Shown one piece after another: positions 27,634 through 36,099 of a stretch of 64,000 nucleotides of DNA. Source of the DNA: Gemmatimonadota bacterium (GTDB lineage: Bacteria; Gemmatimonadota; Gemmatimonadetes; Gemmatimonadales; GWC2-71-9). How positions within the stretch are numbered: the first letter of the stretch is position 1; the number at the start of each line of letters is the position of its first letter. The stretch spans positions 120,302 to 184,301 of the forward strand of contig JBDHEI010000004.1 in the NCBI GenBank assembly GCA_039591075.1, written 5' to 3'. Position numbers and translations under genes: made by a program. Below the pieces are notes generated by a model that was given only the letters and a program-made list of their open reading frames with translations, was not told the DNA's origin and did not search any database.

Positions 27634-29085
27634 TCATTGGCGCTCCGTGGAGAGCGCACGAGCAGAGGCACGAATGGTGTCCCACGCCCCTTGCACGTGA
27701 CGCAGTTCGGTGTAAGTCCCGCCGATCGCCAATCGCAGGACCAGGCGACCGTCGAGCTTGGTGTGCGTCAGGAAGAGCTTCCCCGACGCGTTGAGCCGGC
27801 TGAGAAGGGCCTCGTTGAAGGCGTCGTCTCCCCGGTGGCGGAAGCACACGAGGTTCAGGGGGACCGGGGCAGCGAGCTCGAATGCCGGATCGTCGCGCAC
27901 CCAGTCTGCCACGGTGAGGGCCAGCTGCACATGGTGCCGGATGTGTCGCTGCAGCCCGGCGACGCCGTAGTGCCGGAGCACGAACCACAACTTGAGGGCG
28001 CGGAACCGGCGTCCCAACGGCACGTGCCAGTCCCGGTAGTCGAACACGGCTCCGGACTCCGTGGCCACGTTGCGCAGATATTCGGGCACGACACTCAGCG
28101 CACTGATGAGCGTTTCCCGGTCCGCGACGTAGAGGCAATCGCAATCGAAATTGGTGAGTAGCCACTTGTGCGGGTTGAAGCAGTAGCTGTCTGCCAGCTC
28201 CACGCCGTCATGGACCCAACGGAATTCGGGACAGATCGCCGCACTTCCTGCGAGGGCGGCGTCCACGTGGAGCCAGAGTCCGTGGTGTCGGCAGATCGCC
28301 CCGATCGCCGACACGGGGTCAATTGCTGTGGCCGAAGTGGTGCCAACCGTGGCGCACACGAAGAATGGAGTGAGCCCGGCGTCGAGGTCGGCTCGGATCG
28401 CTGGCTCGAGCATGTCCGGGCGCATGGCGAAGTAGTTGTCGACCTCGATGAGCCGCAACCGATCCTTGCCGATACCGGCGATCGCGATGGCCTTCTCCAC
28501 GGACGAATGCGCCTGGGAGGAGGCGTAGGCCATCAATGGGCGATCGATGCCGGCACTGTTGGTGGCAAAGCCGGTGGCGCGTTCCCGGGCAGCGAGCATC
28601 GCGCAGAGCGTGGCGGAGGACGCCGTATCCTGGATCACGCCTCCTCCGCCGGCCGACGACCTGAATGCCGGTGGCAATCCCAGCAGATCAACGAGCCAGT
28701 CCAGCACGTGGGTCTCGAGTTCCGTACATGCGGGGCTCGTCGACCACAGCATGCCCTGGACGCCGAGACCCGACGACACCAGGTCACCGAGAATCGCCGG
28801 AGGCGAGGCATTTGCCGGGAAGTAGCCGAAGAACCGGGGTGACTGCCAATGGGTGATGCCGGGGAGGATGATCGTGTCGAGGTCGGCCAGGATGGCCTCG
28901 AGTGACTCTCCCTCATGTGGCGGCGTGTTGGGAAGGCGCTCACGGATCGCTCCGGGCTCCACCTGCGCCAGCACTGGGTACTGCTCCAGCGTCTCGAGGT
29001 AGTGTGCCACCCAGTCGATCACGGCATGGCCGGCCGCGCGGAACTCCTCGGGTGTCATGTGTCGGGGCGGCGTTTCACTCGTCAC
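27634..29085 (-). CDS. Group II PLP-dependent decarboxylase (aromatic-L-amino-acid/DOPA decarboxylase family)
   Basis: 483 aa with the PLP-lysine block CFNPHKWLLTNFDC and N-terminal HWQSPRFFGYFPAN. Confidence 0.9.
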   Translation of the reverse strand: MTSETPPRHMTPEEFRAAGHAVIDWVAHYLETLEQYPVLAQVEPGAIRERLPNTPPHEGESLEAILADLDTIILPGITHWQSPRFFGYFPANASPPAILGDLVSSGLGVQGMLWSTSPACTELETHVLDWLVDLLGLPPAFRSSAGGGGVIQDTASSATLCAMLAARERATGFATNSAGIDRPLMAYASSQAHSSVEKAIAIAGIGKDRLRLIEVDNYFAMRPDMLEPAIRADLDAGLTPFFVCATVGTTSATAIDPVSAIGAICRHHGLWLHVDAALAGSAAICPEFRWVHDGVELADSYCFNPHKWLLTNFDCDCLYVADRETLISALSVVPEYLRNVATESGAVFDYRDWHVPLGRRFRALKLWFVLRHYGVAGLQRHIRHHVQLALTVADWVRDDPAFELAAPVPLNLVCFRHRGDDAFNEALLSRLNASGKLFLTHTKLDGRLVLRLAIGGTYTELRHVQGAWDTIRASARALSTERQ

Positions 29086-30041
29086 GGCGCCTCCTGGCCT
29101 CTGCGTGCGTGCCCGGGGCAGTAGGTGACCAGTGCCGACACCACCTCGCGCTGAGTCGTATCGCCGAGGGGGCGGTTGAGGAGCCGTCCACGCACCACGA
29201 GCGCTGAGGAGCCTCCTCCGTCGAGATTCAAGGCTCGTTCCGCGCCAAGATCACGCATGATGGTGGCCAGCTCCACCAGGTCCACGCCGCGGCTGGCCGG
29301 CTGGCGGCCATCGACCACGAGCAGGATCAGATCCCCGTCGGCCGTGCGCCCCACGGCGGTGCGGGGATGCGTCCTCGGTATCGCACTGCCGAAGAATATC
29401 TCTTCGTCCGTCGTCACACGGACGGCACCGTCGACCACCAGCATGGGACCGGCGCCAACGGCGTCGCGCACGTTCCAGGGGCGCGCCAGGGTCGAATCAA
29501 CTTCCGCCGGGCTTCCGGGAGCGTGAGCCGGCGGATCCGGCCACGCGAGCAGCGTGTCCCCTCTCGTGGTCGCCCAGGTGATCTCGATCTCATCATCGTC
29601 GGTGAATCCGATGGCCGCGCGAGCCGCCACGTACCTCTGAGCGTCCCGTTCGACCGATCGGGTGGCCGGAGCCACCAGGTGGTTTTCCACGAGCAGCAAT
29701 CCCGCATGCACCGAGGGCGTACGGTCCATCGCGAAATACCCACCGTTGACGGCAACGCACACGTCGTCGCCTGTGGCGAAGCTGGTCAACGTCTCGCGAC
29801 CGTCCTCAGCATCACTGGAGAGCCGGACTCGGGTGACGAGCTGGGGATCGGGCTCGTTGATGCGCACGGCCCACGCGCGCACCGGCGGGATGCTGCTGTG
29901 CCCAGCGAACACACGAACGCCCGGTGGCAAGTCTGCGTTGACCGAGTCTACGGAACGCCAGGTGAGGCGTATGGAGCCGCTTCCCGACCCGCTCTGACAT
30001 GCCGTGAGGGCGAAGGCGAGTGCGAGCCAGAGTCGCATCAT
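29082..30041 (-). CDS. Phosphodiester glycosidase family lipoprotein (DUF2233/NAGPA-like)
   Basis: Lipobox MMRLWLALAFALTAC. Blocks AVNGGYF and ERALNLDGGGSS. 4-nt overlaps with both neighbouring genes. Confidence 0.8.
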   Translation of the reverse strand: MMRLWLALAFALTACQSGSGSGSIRLTWRSVDSVNADLPPGVRVFAGHSSIPPVRAWAVRINEPDPQLVTRVRLSSDAEDGRETLTSFATGDDVCVAVNGGYFAMDRTPSVHAGLLLVENHLVAPATRSVERDAQRYVAARAAIGFTDDDEIEITWATTRGDTLLAWPDPPAHAPGSPAEVDSTLARPWNVRDAVGAGPMLVVDGAVRVTTDEEIFFGSAIPRTHPRTAVGRTADGDLILLVVDGRQPASRGVDLVELATIMRDLGAERALNLDGGGSSALVVRGRLLNRPLGDTTQREVVSALVTYCPGHARRGQEAP

Positions 30042-30694
30042 CGGTCTGCCGCCGGGTCGTGCTTCTTTCCTACCAGTTGGACCACGGCGCTCCGACCGAC
30101 GTGGAGCCGCGGACAGAAGGCGGCCTTCTCGTAGCGGGAGCAGCGGGTTCCCCGACCGTCCACCAGGTGAAACGCGCCGCGCACGATGTTCGGGCCATTG
30201 GGTTGCGGGCTGACCGTCACCTCTCCTCCTGCGGCGGCGGCGCTCGATCCCGTCGCCTCTCGAACGCCACCGGCATCCTGGAACCCGATCGCGTGATGCT
30301 TCCCGTCACACAACGGCTTGATGGCGGATGCACCGCAGCGGCAGAGCGCCACCCGGTAATCCTCCAGCATCGTACCTCCGTCCGCAGCGCTCACCCGGAC
30401 CCGCCCGCGGAGGTAGAGCGGGCCGTCCGGAGAGACTGCCACCGTGTTGTCCGGATCGGGTTGCTCCTCACTGCCGTCGGCCAACCGCTCGTAGTGCAGT
30501 GCTCCCGTCGGACAGTGCACGATCGTCTCTTCAATGGCGTCCGCCGCGGCTCGATCCGGATCGACCCACGGACGGCGATCCGGGTTGAACACGTCCGGCA
30601 AACGGCGCACGCACTCGGCTGCGTGAATGCATCGCTCGACGTCGTACGAGATCCGGACGGAGGCGCTTTCGTAGTATCGGACCTTCCCCGCCAT
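30038..30694 (-). CDS. Ferredoxin-like (divergent 4Fe-4S) plus CDGSH iron-sulfur domain protein
   Basis: ATG 30694 preceded by GAAGGGG. Contains CIHAAECV...HCPTGAL, then one intact CDGSH-type motif (CRCGASAIKPLCDGKHH). A second expected motif is degenerate. Confidence 0.75.
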   Translation of the reverse strand: MAGKVRYYESASVRISYDVERCIHAAECVRRLPDVFNPDRRPWVDPDRAAADAIEETIVHCPTGALHYERLADGSEEQPDPDNTVAVSPDGPLYLRGRVRVSAADGGTMLEDYRVALCRCGASAIKPLCDGKHHAIGFQDAGGVREATGSSAAAAGGEVTVSPQPNGPNIVRGAFHLVDGRGTRCSRYEKAAFCPRLHVGRSAVVQLVGKKHDPAADR

Positions 30695-30722
30695 TCCCGC
30701 CCCTTCGCTAACGTGATGCTGC

Positions 30723-31259
30723 CTAGTGAATGCCGGTGCTGCCCAATCCCCCGTTGCGATCGGTCGACTGCCCAACCGATCCCCTTTCCCAGGGCAGCAC
30801 TGCGAACTGCGTCAGAATTACCTGCGCGATACGTTCGCCGTGTCTGATCTCACTCGAGCGCGGCGAATCGTTCTTTACCATGACCAGCCACTCGTCGGGA
30901 TAGTCGGAGTCGATTGTCCCCGGAGCATTGGGCAAAATCAGCCCTCGCCCGAAGGCGACGGACGACCGGATCCGGATCTGCGCCTCGAATCCCGTCGGCA
31001 CACGCGCCTTGAACCCGGTTGGCACGAGGGCGACATCGCCCGGTTCCAGGACCAGGCGTCCGTTGGCGATGGCGGTTTCCTGCCGTGCTCCGGACGAGCC
31101 GGCAACGACGGTCACCACCCGGCCGGCGAGGTCGGCGCGCACATCGTACCCGGCCGCTCCGTCCGTCTGCCGCGTGGGGACGCCGATTCCCTCATGCAGC
31201 GGCTCGAAGATGATCCGCGGGGCAGCCGGCGGTGTCGGGTCGTGGTCGTGAGGCATCAA
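30723..31259 (-). CDS. dut: dUTP diphosphatase
   Basis: AAGYDVRADL and GTIDSDYPDE motifs. Confidence 0.9.
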   Translation of the reverse strand: MMPHDHDPTPPAAPRIIFEPLHEGIGVPTRQTDGAAGYDVRADLAGRVVTVVAGSSGARQETAIANGRLVLEPGDVALVPTGFKARVPTGFEAQIRIRSSVAFGRGLILPNAPGTIDSDYPDEWLVMVKNDSPRSSEIRHGERIAQVILTQFAVLPWERGSVGQSTDRNGGLGSTGIH

Positions 31260-31338
31260 TCGCGAGGGCTACTCGAGGTTCAACGGGTCAACGGGGCACC
31301 AAACAGCGACGTTCGTCTCCATGATCGAGCACCTCGAC

Positions 31339-31623
31339 TCAAGATACCAAGTCGGCGGCCGGTACAGGCACACGCGGCCGCCACCCGAAACGATCGAGCG
31401 ACAGCTTGCCCGAGAGATCGAACGCAATGCCTTCGGCTTCGAGCAGATGTCGTTGAAGCCGGTCGTCTCCCGGCTGCGAACGGGGACTGATATGGCCGCG
31501 AGCATTGACCACCCGATGCCAGGGAACGTCGCCGCCGTCGGGGAGCGCGTGGAGCGCGTACCCGACCTGGCGGGCATGACCGGCGATGCCGGCGAGACGG
31601 GCAACCTGGCCATAGGTGGCCAC
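31339..31623 (-). CDS. Alkyltransferase-like protein (ATL; MGMT DNA-binding fold with Trp replacing the acceptor Cys)
   Basis: ATYGQVARLAGIAGHARQVGYAL (HTH) and DVPWHRVVNARGHIS (PWHRV instead of PCHRV). GTG 31623 is the first canonical start. A conserved-looking N-terminal helix (RYARIYRVVGRIPRGR) is encoded in frame upstream, so the true start is probably further 5'. Confidence 0.8.
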   Translation of the reverse strand: MATYGQVARLAGIAGHARQVGYALHALPDGGDVPWHRVVNARGHISPRSQPGDDRLQRHLLEAEGIAFDLSGKLSLDRFGWRPRVPVPAADLVS

Positions 31624-31679
31624 TCTGCCCCGCGGTATGCGGCCAACGACCCGGTAGATCCGGGCATAGCGGGTGGAGC

Positions 31680-32105
31680 CTATGGTGCTTCCGTCGGTAG
31701 GCGGCTGCGACGCCAGCCAGCCATGTCGCCGTCGAGGTGATACACCCGCCCGAACCCCGCCTGCCTGAGCCGGGCCTCGGCCGTCTCGGCCCGCGGGCCG
31801 CTTTCGCAGTAGACGACGATGTCTCGGTCTCTGGACGGAGTCAGCTCGTTCAGGCGCGCACCGATCTGCTGGTACGGGATGTTGATCGCGCTCGAGACGT
31901 GGCCCAAGCGGTACTCCTCCACGCTCCGCACGTCGAGAATGAGGGGTGCGTCAGCGCGACCGAGGCGAGAGGCCAGTTCTTGCTGTGCGATCGGCTGGTG
32001 ACTGCTGGAGGTGCCGACGCACGCCACGGCGAGAAGTGCTCCGGTAGTGAGCACCGCGCGGGCACACCTTGCGAACGTCAGAATACGCATGTGCAGGTCC
32101 TTCAT
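31680..32105 (-). CDS. Exported single-domain rhodanese (sulfurtransferase)
   Basis: Signal/lipobox-like N-terminus (..LLAVACVG). LILDVRSVEEYRLGHV and the active-site loop YCESGPRA. Confidence 0.85.
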   Translation of the reverse strand: MKDLHMRILTFARCARAVLTTGALLAVACVGTSSSHQPIAQQELASRLGRADAPLILDVRSVEEYRLGHVSSAINIPYQQIGARLNELTPSRDRDIVVYCESGPRAETAEARLRQAGFGRVYHLDGDMAGWRRSRLPTEAP

Positions 32106-32207
32106 TTGGACAAAGCGAGGTAGACGGAGTCCTCGACAGCTGGACTGCCCACTGGAGGTTGGAGGAAGGGTACATAATGGTCCGGGAGCACCGCAATGCG
32201 ACGTCGG

Positions 32208-32711
32208 TTACCAGAGGTCGGGCTGCGCGGCGTAGGCAATGGCCGGGAGCCCGGCGGCCTTGCGGAGCATGGTGAGCTGGCCGATGTGGTAGGCCTCGTG
32301 TTGCAGGAGAAAGGCAATGGTGCCGAGCGCACTCCCGTCGCTGACGGGAAACGCGTGCGGCGCCGGGGCATCGAGAGCCTCGTTGGAAAGGTCCTGCAGC
32401 GCGGGGCGAATCTGCCGCGAGAGCGAAAGCCATAGCGCCGATACCCGAGCCGGGGAGGGCAAGGTCTCGAGGTCATGCACGCGCTTCGCCTCACGGATGG
32501 TCTGGAGCAGAGGGTCTGCGACTTCGACCGAGAGCATCTGCGCGAGGAAGTTCCGCGCATCGAGCACGTGCACGGCGATGCCTGGCATGCCCGAGCCGTC
32601 ACCGGAAGGCTGCACCCATCCCCGGTCGGTGCTGAGGTCGTCGAGGACAGCGAGCATGAGACCGGTGTTCAACTCGAACACGGCAACATGGGATCGGAGT
32701 CTGGGGTTCAT
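32208..32711 (-). CDS. DinB-family protein
   Basis: Start trimmed to ATG 32711 (MNPRLRSHVAVFELNTG...). C-terminal LLQHEAYHIGQL. The 5' extension to 33605 overlaps the MFS gene and is not protein-like. Confidence 0.75.
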   Translation of the reverse strand: MNPRLRSHVAVFELNTGLMLAVLDDLSTDRGWVQPSGDGSGMPGIAVHVLDARNFLAQMLSVEVADPLLQTIREAKRVHDLETLPSPARVSALWLSLSRQIRPALQDLSNEALDAPAPHAFPVSDGSALGTIAFLLQHEAYHIGQLTMLRKAAGLPAIAYAAQPDLW

Positions 32712-32746
32712 CTGTCCGCACTCGGTATTGCTGGCATTACGGTGGC

Positions 32747-33973
32747 TCACCTCCCTGGGGTGGGGCCCTCGTAGGCTGCAGTCTGATCCGCAGCACCGCG
32801 CCGCAGCACGGGCGCGAGTCGAGCGATGGACCAGATGCCCACCATTGGTCCAAACGTGAGGATGGCAAACGCCCAGCGCCAGCTGCCGACTTCTGCCAGG
32901 GTGGGTACGAGTTGGATCGTAATCATCGTGAGCAGAAATCCGAGCGACGTCTGGATCGTGAGGGCGGTCCCCACGGCGTGCGTGGGTACGACCTCCGTGA
33001 TGAGGGCGCTGAACTGTGCCGAATCGGCGATGACGAAAAATCCCCAGATCAGTGTCAACGGCACGATGAACCACAGCGTGGATCCGAAGACGAGCCCGGT
33101 GAGGAGCGCACAAATCCCGCTCACGGCCATGGCGCGGATCACCAGGCGATCGTATCCGATACGATCGGCCACCCATCCGCCCCACAGGCACCCGGCGCCT
33201 CCCACCGCAATAGCGAGAAACGCAATGAGGTTCACGGTCGTATCGGAGATCGCCTGTCCGCCGGCGGCGACACTCGCTGCGAGAAATGCCGGGATCCAAG
33301 TCCAGAATGCGTACAGCTCCCACATGTGACCGAGATAGCCACCGGTGGCCAGGCGCATTTCGCGTTGTCGCAGCACGCTTCCCACCAATCCCCACGAGAA
33401 GGGCTGGCGACTGAAGGCGTACGGTCCGTCGCGATAGGTCGTGATGACGAGCACCGAGGCGAAGAGCGCTCCTGCCGAGACCGACAGCACTACGGGGACG
33501 ATGCCTCCCGGCATCCACGCGCGCATCAGGTAAGGAGCCGCCTTGCCTACCGTCAACGCACCGACCACGGTGCCGATGGCCAGGCCACGTCCGCGACGGA
33601 ACCACGTTGCGGCCATTTTCATTCCCGGCGGGTACACGCCAGCGAGAAAGAACCCGGTGGCAAATCGGAATGCGAGGGATGGGCCATAGTCGGGTGTGAC
33701 GACCAGCGCGGCGTTGGCCAGCGCGCCGAGCGCGGCCGCGGCCGCGAAGTACGTGCGTGCGGGCACCAGATCAGCCAGGTTGAGCACGGCGGCCGTCGCC
33801 GTGCCGACGACGAACCCGAGCTGCACGACAGTCGTGAGCCATCCGGCCTGCGACTGACTCAGCGACCACATTGCACGGAATTCGTCCGACACGGCGCTTG
33901 CCGAAAACCACAGGCTCATGCCCAGGAGTTCGGCAATGGCCAGCAGCAGGAGGGCGGTCGCGGGACGCTTCAA
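32747..33973 (-). CDS. MFS transporter
   Basis: 408 aa with about 12 hydrophobic segments. MFS-like loop RRGRGLAIG between TM2 and TM3. Confidence 0.88.
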   Translation of the reverse strand: MKRPATALLLLAIAELLGMSLWFSASAVSDEFRAMWSLSQSQAGWLTTVVQLGFVVGTATAAVLNLADLVPARTYFAAAAALGALANAALVVTPDYGPSLAFRFATGFFLAGVYPPGMKMAATWFRRGRGLAIGTVVGALTVGKAAPYLMRAWMPGGIVPVVLSVSAGALFASVLVITTYRDGPYAFSRQPFSWGLVGSVLRQREMRLATGGYLGHMWELYAFWTWIPAFLAASVAAGGQAISDTTVNLIAFLAIAVGGAGCLWGGWVADRIGYDRLVIRAMAVSGICALLTGLVFGSTLWFIVPLTLIWGFFVIADSAQFSALITEVVPTHAVGTALTIQTSLGFLLTMITIQLVPTLAEVGSWRWAFAILTFGPMVGIWSIARLAPVLRRGAADQTAAYEGPTPGR

Positions 33974-33984
33974 GCGTGCCGCGT

Positions 33985-34857
33985 TCAGCGCGTGGGCCAG
34001 GGAACGGTCGTTACGCGCTCGAGTGGCTCGCCCTCGCCGTCTCCCCGGCGGGCCTCACGTGTTCCGAGATCGAATCGATCACCGGGGGAGAGGAAGTAGA
34101 AGCGCCCCTTACCGTCGATCGTTCGGTGCACGTCGTAGATCAACACGTATCCGTTTCCGATGACCTCGAACGTGTCACCTGTCACGACGATCGCGGTGTT
34201 CTCCTCGATACCGATGCCGAGGAGCTCCGGATGCACTCGGATCACCTCGACGAGATCGAACTGGCGGTTTCGCCGTAAGACGTGCTGGTCGACGGCCACG
34301 TTGCGAAGGAATCCGAACCCCACCTCGTGATCGCCCATCGTGATCGTGTTGGTGCGGGAGTCTCCACGAACCAGGTAGGAGCCCTGGATCGTGGCGCCTG
34401 CCGAAGATCCGCCGATCACACCCCCGCGCTCCAACAGGTCTCGGAGCGCGATCTCGGTCTTCGTGCCACCGTATGCGTCGACCAAGCGCCACTGCCGCCC
34501 GCCGGAGAACCAGATGGCGTCGGCGTCTCGCAGCGGACGCACGAAGCTCTCGCTGTCGGCGACGCCGCGGTTGCGCGTGTGAAGCACGGTGACGTGGTCG
34601 GCTCCGGCAGCGCGGAAGACTTCGAGGCCACCGTACGCCGAATCGAAGGCGTCTCTCTCACCTGCCGTTGGGATGACTACGATACGAGCGTCCGGCCCTC
34701 CGGCCAACTCGACGAAGGATCGATAGATCTCGGGGTCGCGCACACCGCCGCCGGCGAGCAGCAGCGTGCCGTGAGCCGGACCCACGGTCTGGGCCGACAG
34801 GCCGCTCGGGCCGACGAACAGCCAGATAGCCGCCGACAGCAACAGGCGCGTACTCAT
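33985..34857 (-). CDS. Secreted peptidase S51 family protein (cyanophycinase-like)
   Basis: ATG 34857. Signal peptide MSTRLLLSAAIWLFVGPSGLSAQ. Nucleophile elbow GGVIGGSSAGATIQG. Start overlaps the upstream stop by 4 nt. Confidence 0.8.
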   Translation of the reverse strand: MSTRLLLSAAIWLFVGPSGLSAQTVGPAHGTLLLAGGGVRDPEIYRSFVELAGGPDARIVVIPTAGERDAFDSAYGGLEVFRAAGADHVTVLHTRNRGVADSESFVRPLRDADAIWFSGGRQWRLVDAYGGTKTEIALRDLLERGGVIGGSSAGATIQGSYLVRGDSRTNTITMGDHEVGFGFLRNVAVDQHVLRRNRQFDLVEVIRVHPELLGIGIEENTAIVVTGDTFEVIGNGYVLIYDVHRTIDGKGRFYFLSPGDRFDLGTREARRGDGEGEPLERVTTVPWPTR

Positions 34858-35453
34858 GACGATCCTCCGGCAGCTGGTGAGCCGTCCGCCGGGAATCCGC
34901 TCCACACCGGGGTGAGCGTGACCCGCACGCCGAGATCTGCTGGCAGACGGGTATCGCGTCCTGCGTGGAGACAGAACTCTGGAGTGGGGCCCAGTACCAT
35001 CTGACGCGCCCACACCGTGGTGACCACCCCTTGGTCGAGTCGCTGACCGAGCGCGGCGTAGAAGGCCTCGTAGGACTCCGCACGCGGCTTGGAGAGCCAC
35101 ACCGCTACACGGGTCCGGTCGAGTGCCGGCTGACCCTTGCGCAAGCGGTATAGTCCGCCAGCTCCACTCCCCGCGAGCGCGGCCACCCGGTCGTGTGCCA
35201 CCTGACGCCTGGTGGATACGGCCGCGGCGTTGAGTGTGTCGAGCGCCCCGGAGTGCTCCACCAGGTACCAGTCTTCGTACACCGGTCCCGCTGAGGGCAA
35301 CCACGGTGCCCGGTCCATCCGAAAACTCATGGAGCCGATGAAGCCGGGCAGTGGATCACTCCAGAGCGCCCCGTGAAATGCCGTGAGCCACTGCTCGTAT
35401 TCCTCCGACCGCGCATCCGTAAGGGCGGTGTGCCAGAACACGTACGCCAGCAC
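34854..35453 (-). CDS. Conserved hypothetical protein (about 199 aa)
   Basis: GTG 35453 (VLAYVFWHTALTD...), 2 nt after the stop of the small upstream ORF. Normal, protein-like composition. The 5' extension to 35846 is not protein-like. Confidence 0.6.
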   Translation of the reverse strand: MLAYVFWHTALTDARSEEYEQWLTAFHGALWSDPLPGFIGSMSFRMDRAPWLPSAGPVYEDWYLVEHSGALDTLNAAAVSTRRQVAHDRVAALAGSGAGGLYRLRKGQPALDRTRVAVWLSKPRAESYEAFYAALGQRLDQGVVTTVWARQMVLGPTPEFCLHAGRDTRLPADLGVRVTLTPVWSGFPADGSPAAGGSS

Positions 35454-35455
35454 GG

Positions 35456-35659
35456 TCAGTCGTGGTGGTCGGCCGGTCGGAGGTTCTCCGCTCCAGGGAG
35501 CCGGCCGACCAGTTGGGCGGGATCGTGGATCAGCACCGGCAAGTGCTGGGGACAGATCCACAGGGAGGTACCCCGGTAGTGGAGGGGGATGAGCGGCGTA
35601 GCCTCGTCGTCTCGATGACAGGCGACACAGCTCCCAGGGGACGGTTTCATCGACGGCAA
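35456..35659 (-). CDS. Small Cys/His protein, putative zinc-ribbon (67 aa)
   Basis: CVAC-x20-CPQH pattern. 52 of 67 codons end in G/C (hand count). Tightly packed in front of the next gene. Confidence 0.5.
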   Translation of the reverse strand: MPSMKPSPGSCVACHRDDEATPLIPLHYRGTSLWICPQHLPVLIHDPAQLVGRLPGAENLRPADHHD

Positions 35660-35704
35660 CCTCTTGGTTTGATGGTGCGGCGTTGTCCGCGCACGTGTTG
35701 CTGC

Positions 35705-36064
35705 TCAAGCGTGCTTCGGAACATCGATTGTTCGTGCGTTTTGCACGTTCCCGGTGTTGACGGTCGTGATGGGCTCGAAGAGCAAGACATGTACCTCGTC
35801 GTCTGCAGAGGGGCGGTGCTCCACCCCGCGGGGGACGATCAGGCACTCGCCCTCTCCAAGAGTCACCGTTCGATCACGAAACTCCATTTTCAGGCGACCC
35901 TTCAGCACCAAGAAGAGCTCATCCTCCGAGACGTGGTGGTGCCAGACGAACGTCCCGTGGAGCTTCGCGAGCTTGACGTACTGCCCGTTGAGCTGGCCCA
36001 CGATGCGCGGGTTCCAGTACTCGTTGAAGCTCGAGAGTTTCTCCCGCAGGTTGATCACGTCCAT
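35705..36064 (-). CDS. Cupin domain protein
   Basis: ATG 36064 (MDVINLREKL...). Cupin motifs GTFVWHHHVSEDELFLVLKG and PRGVEHRP. Confidence 0.85.
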   Translation of the reverse strand: MDVINLREKLSSFNEYWNPRIVGQLNGQYVKLAKLHGTFVWHHHVSEDELFLVLKGRLKMEFRDRTVTLGEGECLIVPRGVEHRPSADDEVHVLLFEPITTVNTGNVQNARTIDVPKHA

Positions 36065-36099
36065 GTCATGCTCCCCCGCCGTGGCGCTGGGCCGGCGTC

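Noticed and set aside
31269-31667. 132-aa minus-strand ORF overlapping the ATL gene.
   Set aside because: It is in a different frame from the one encoding the HTH and PWHRV motifs. The translation (MPGSTGSLAAYRGAEWPPMARLPVSPASP...) is not protein-like.
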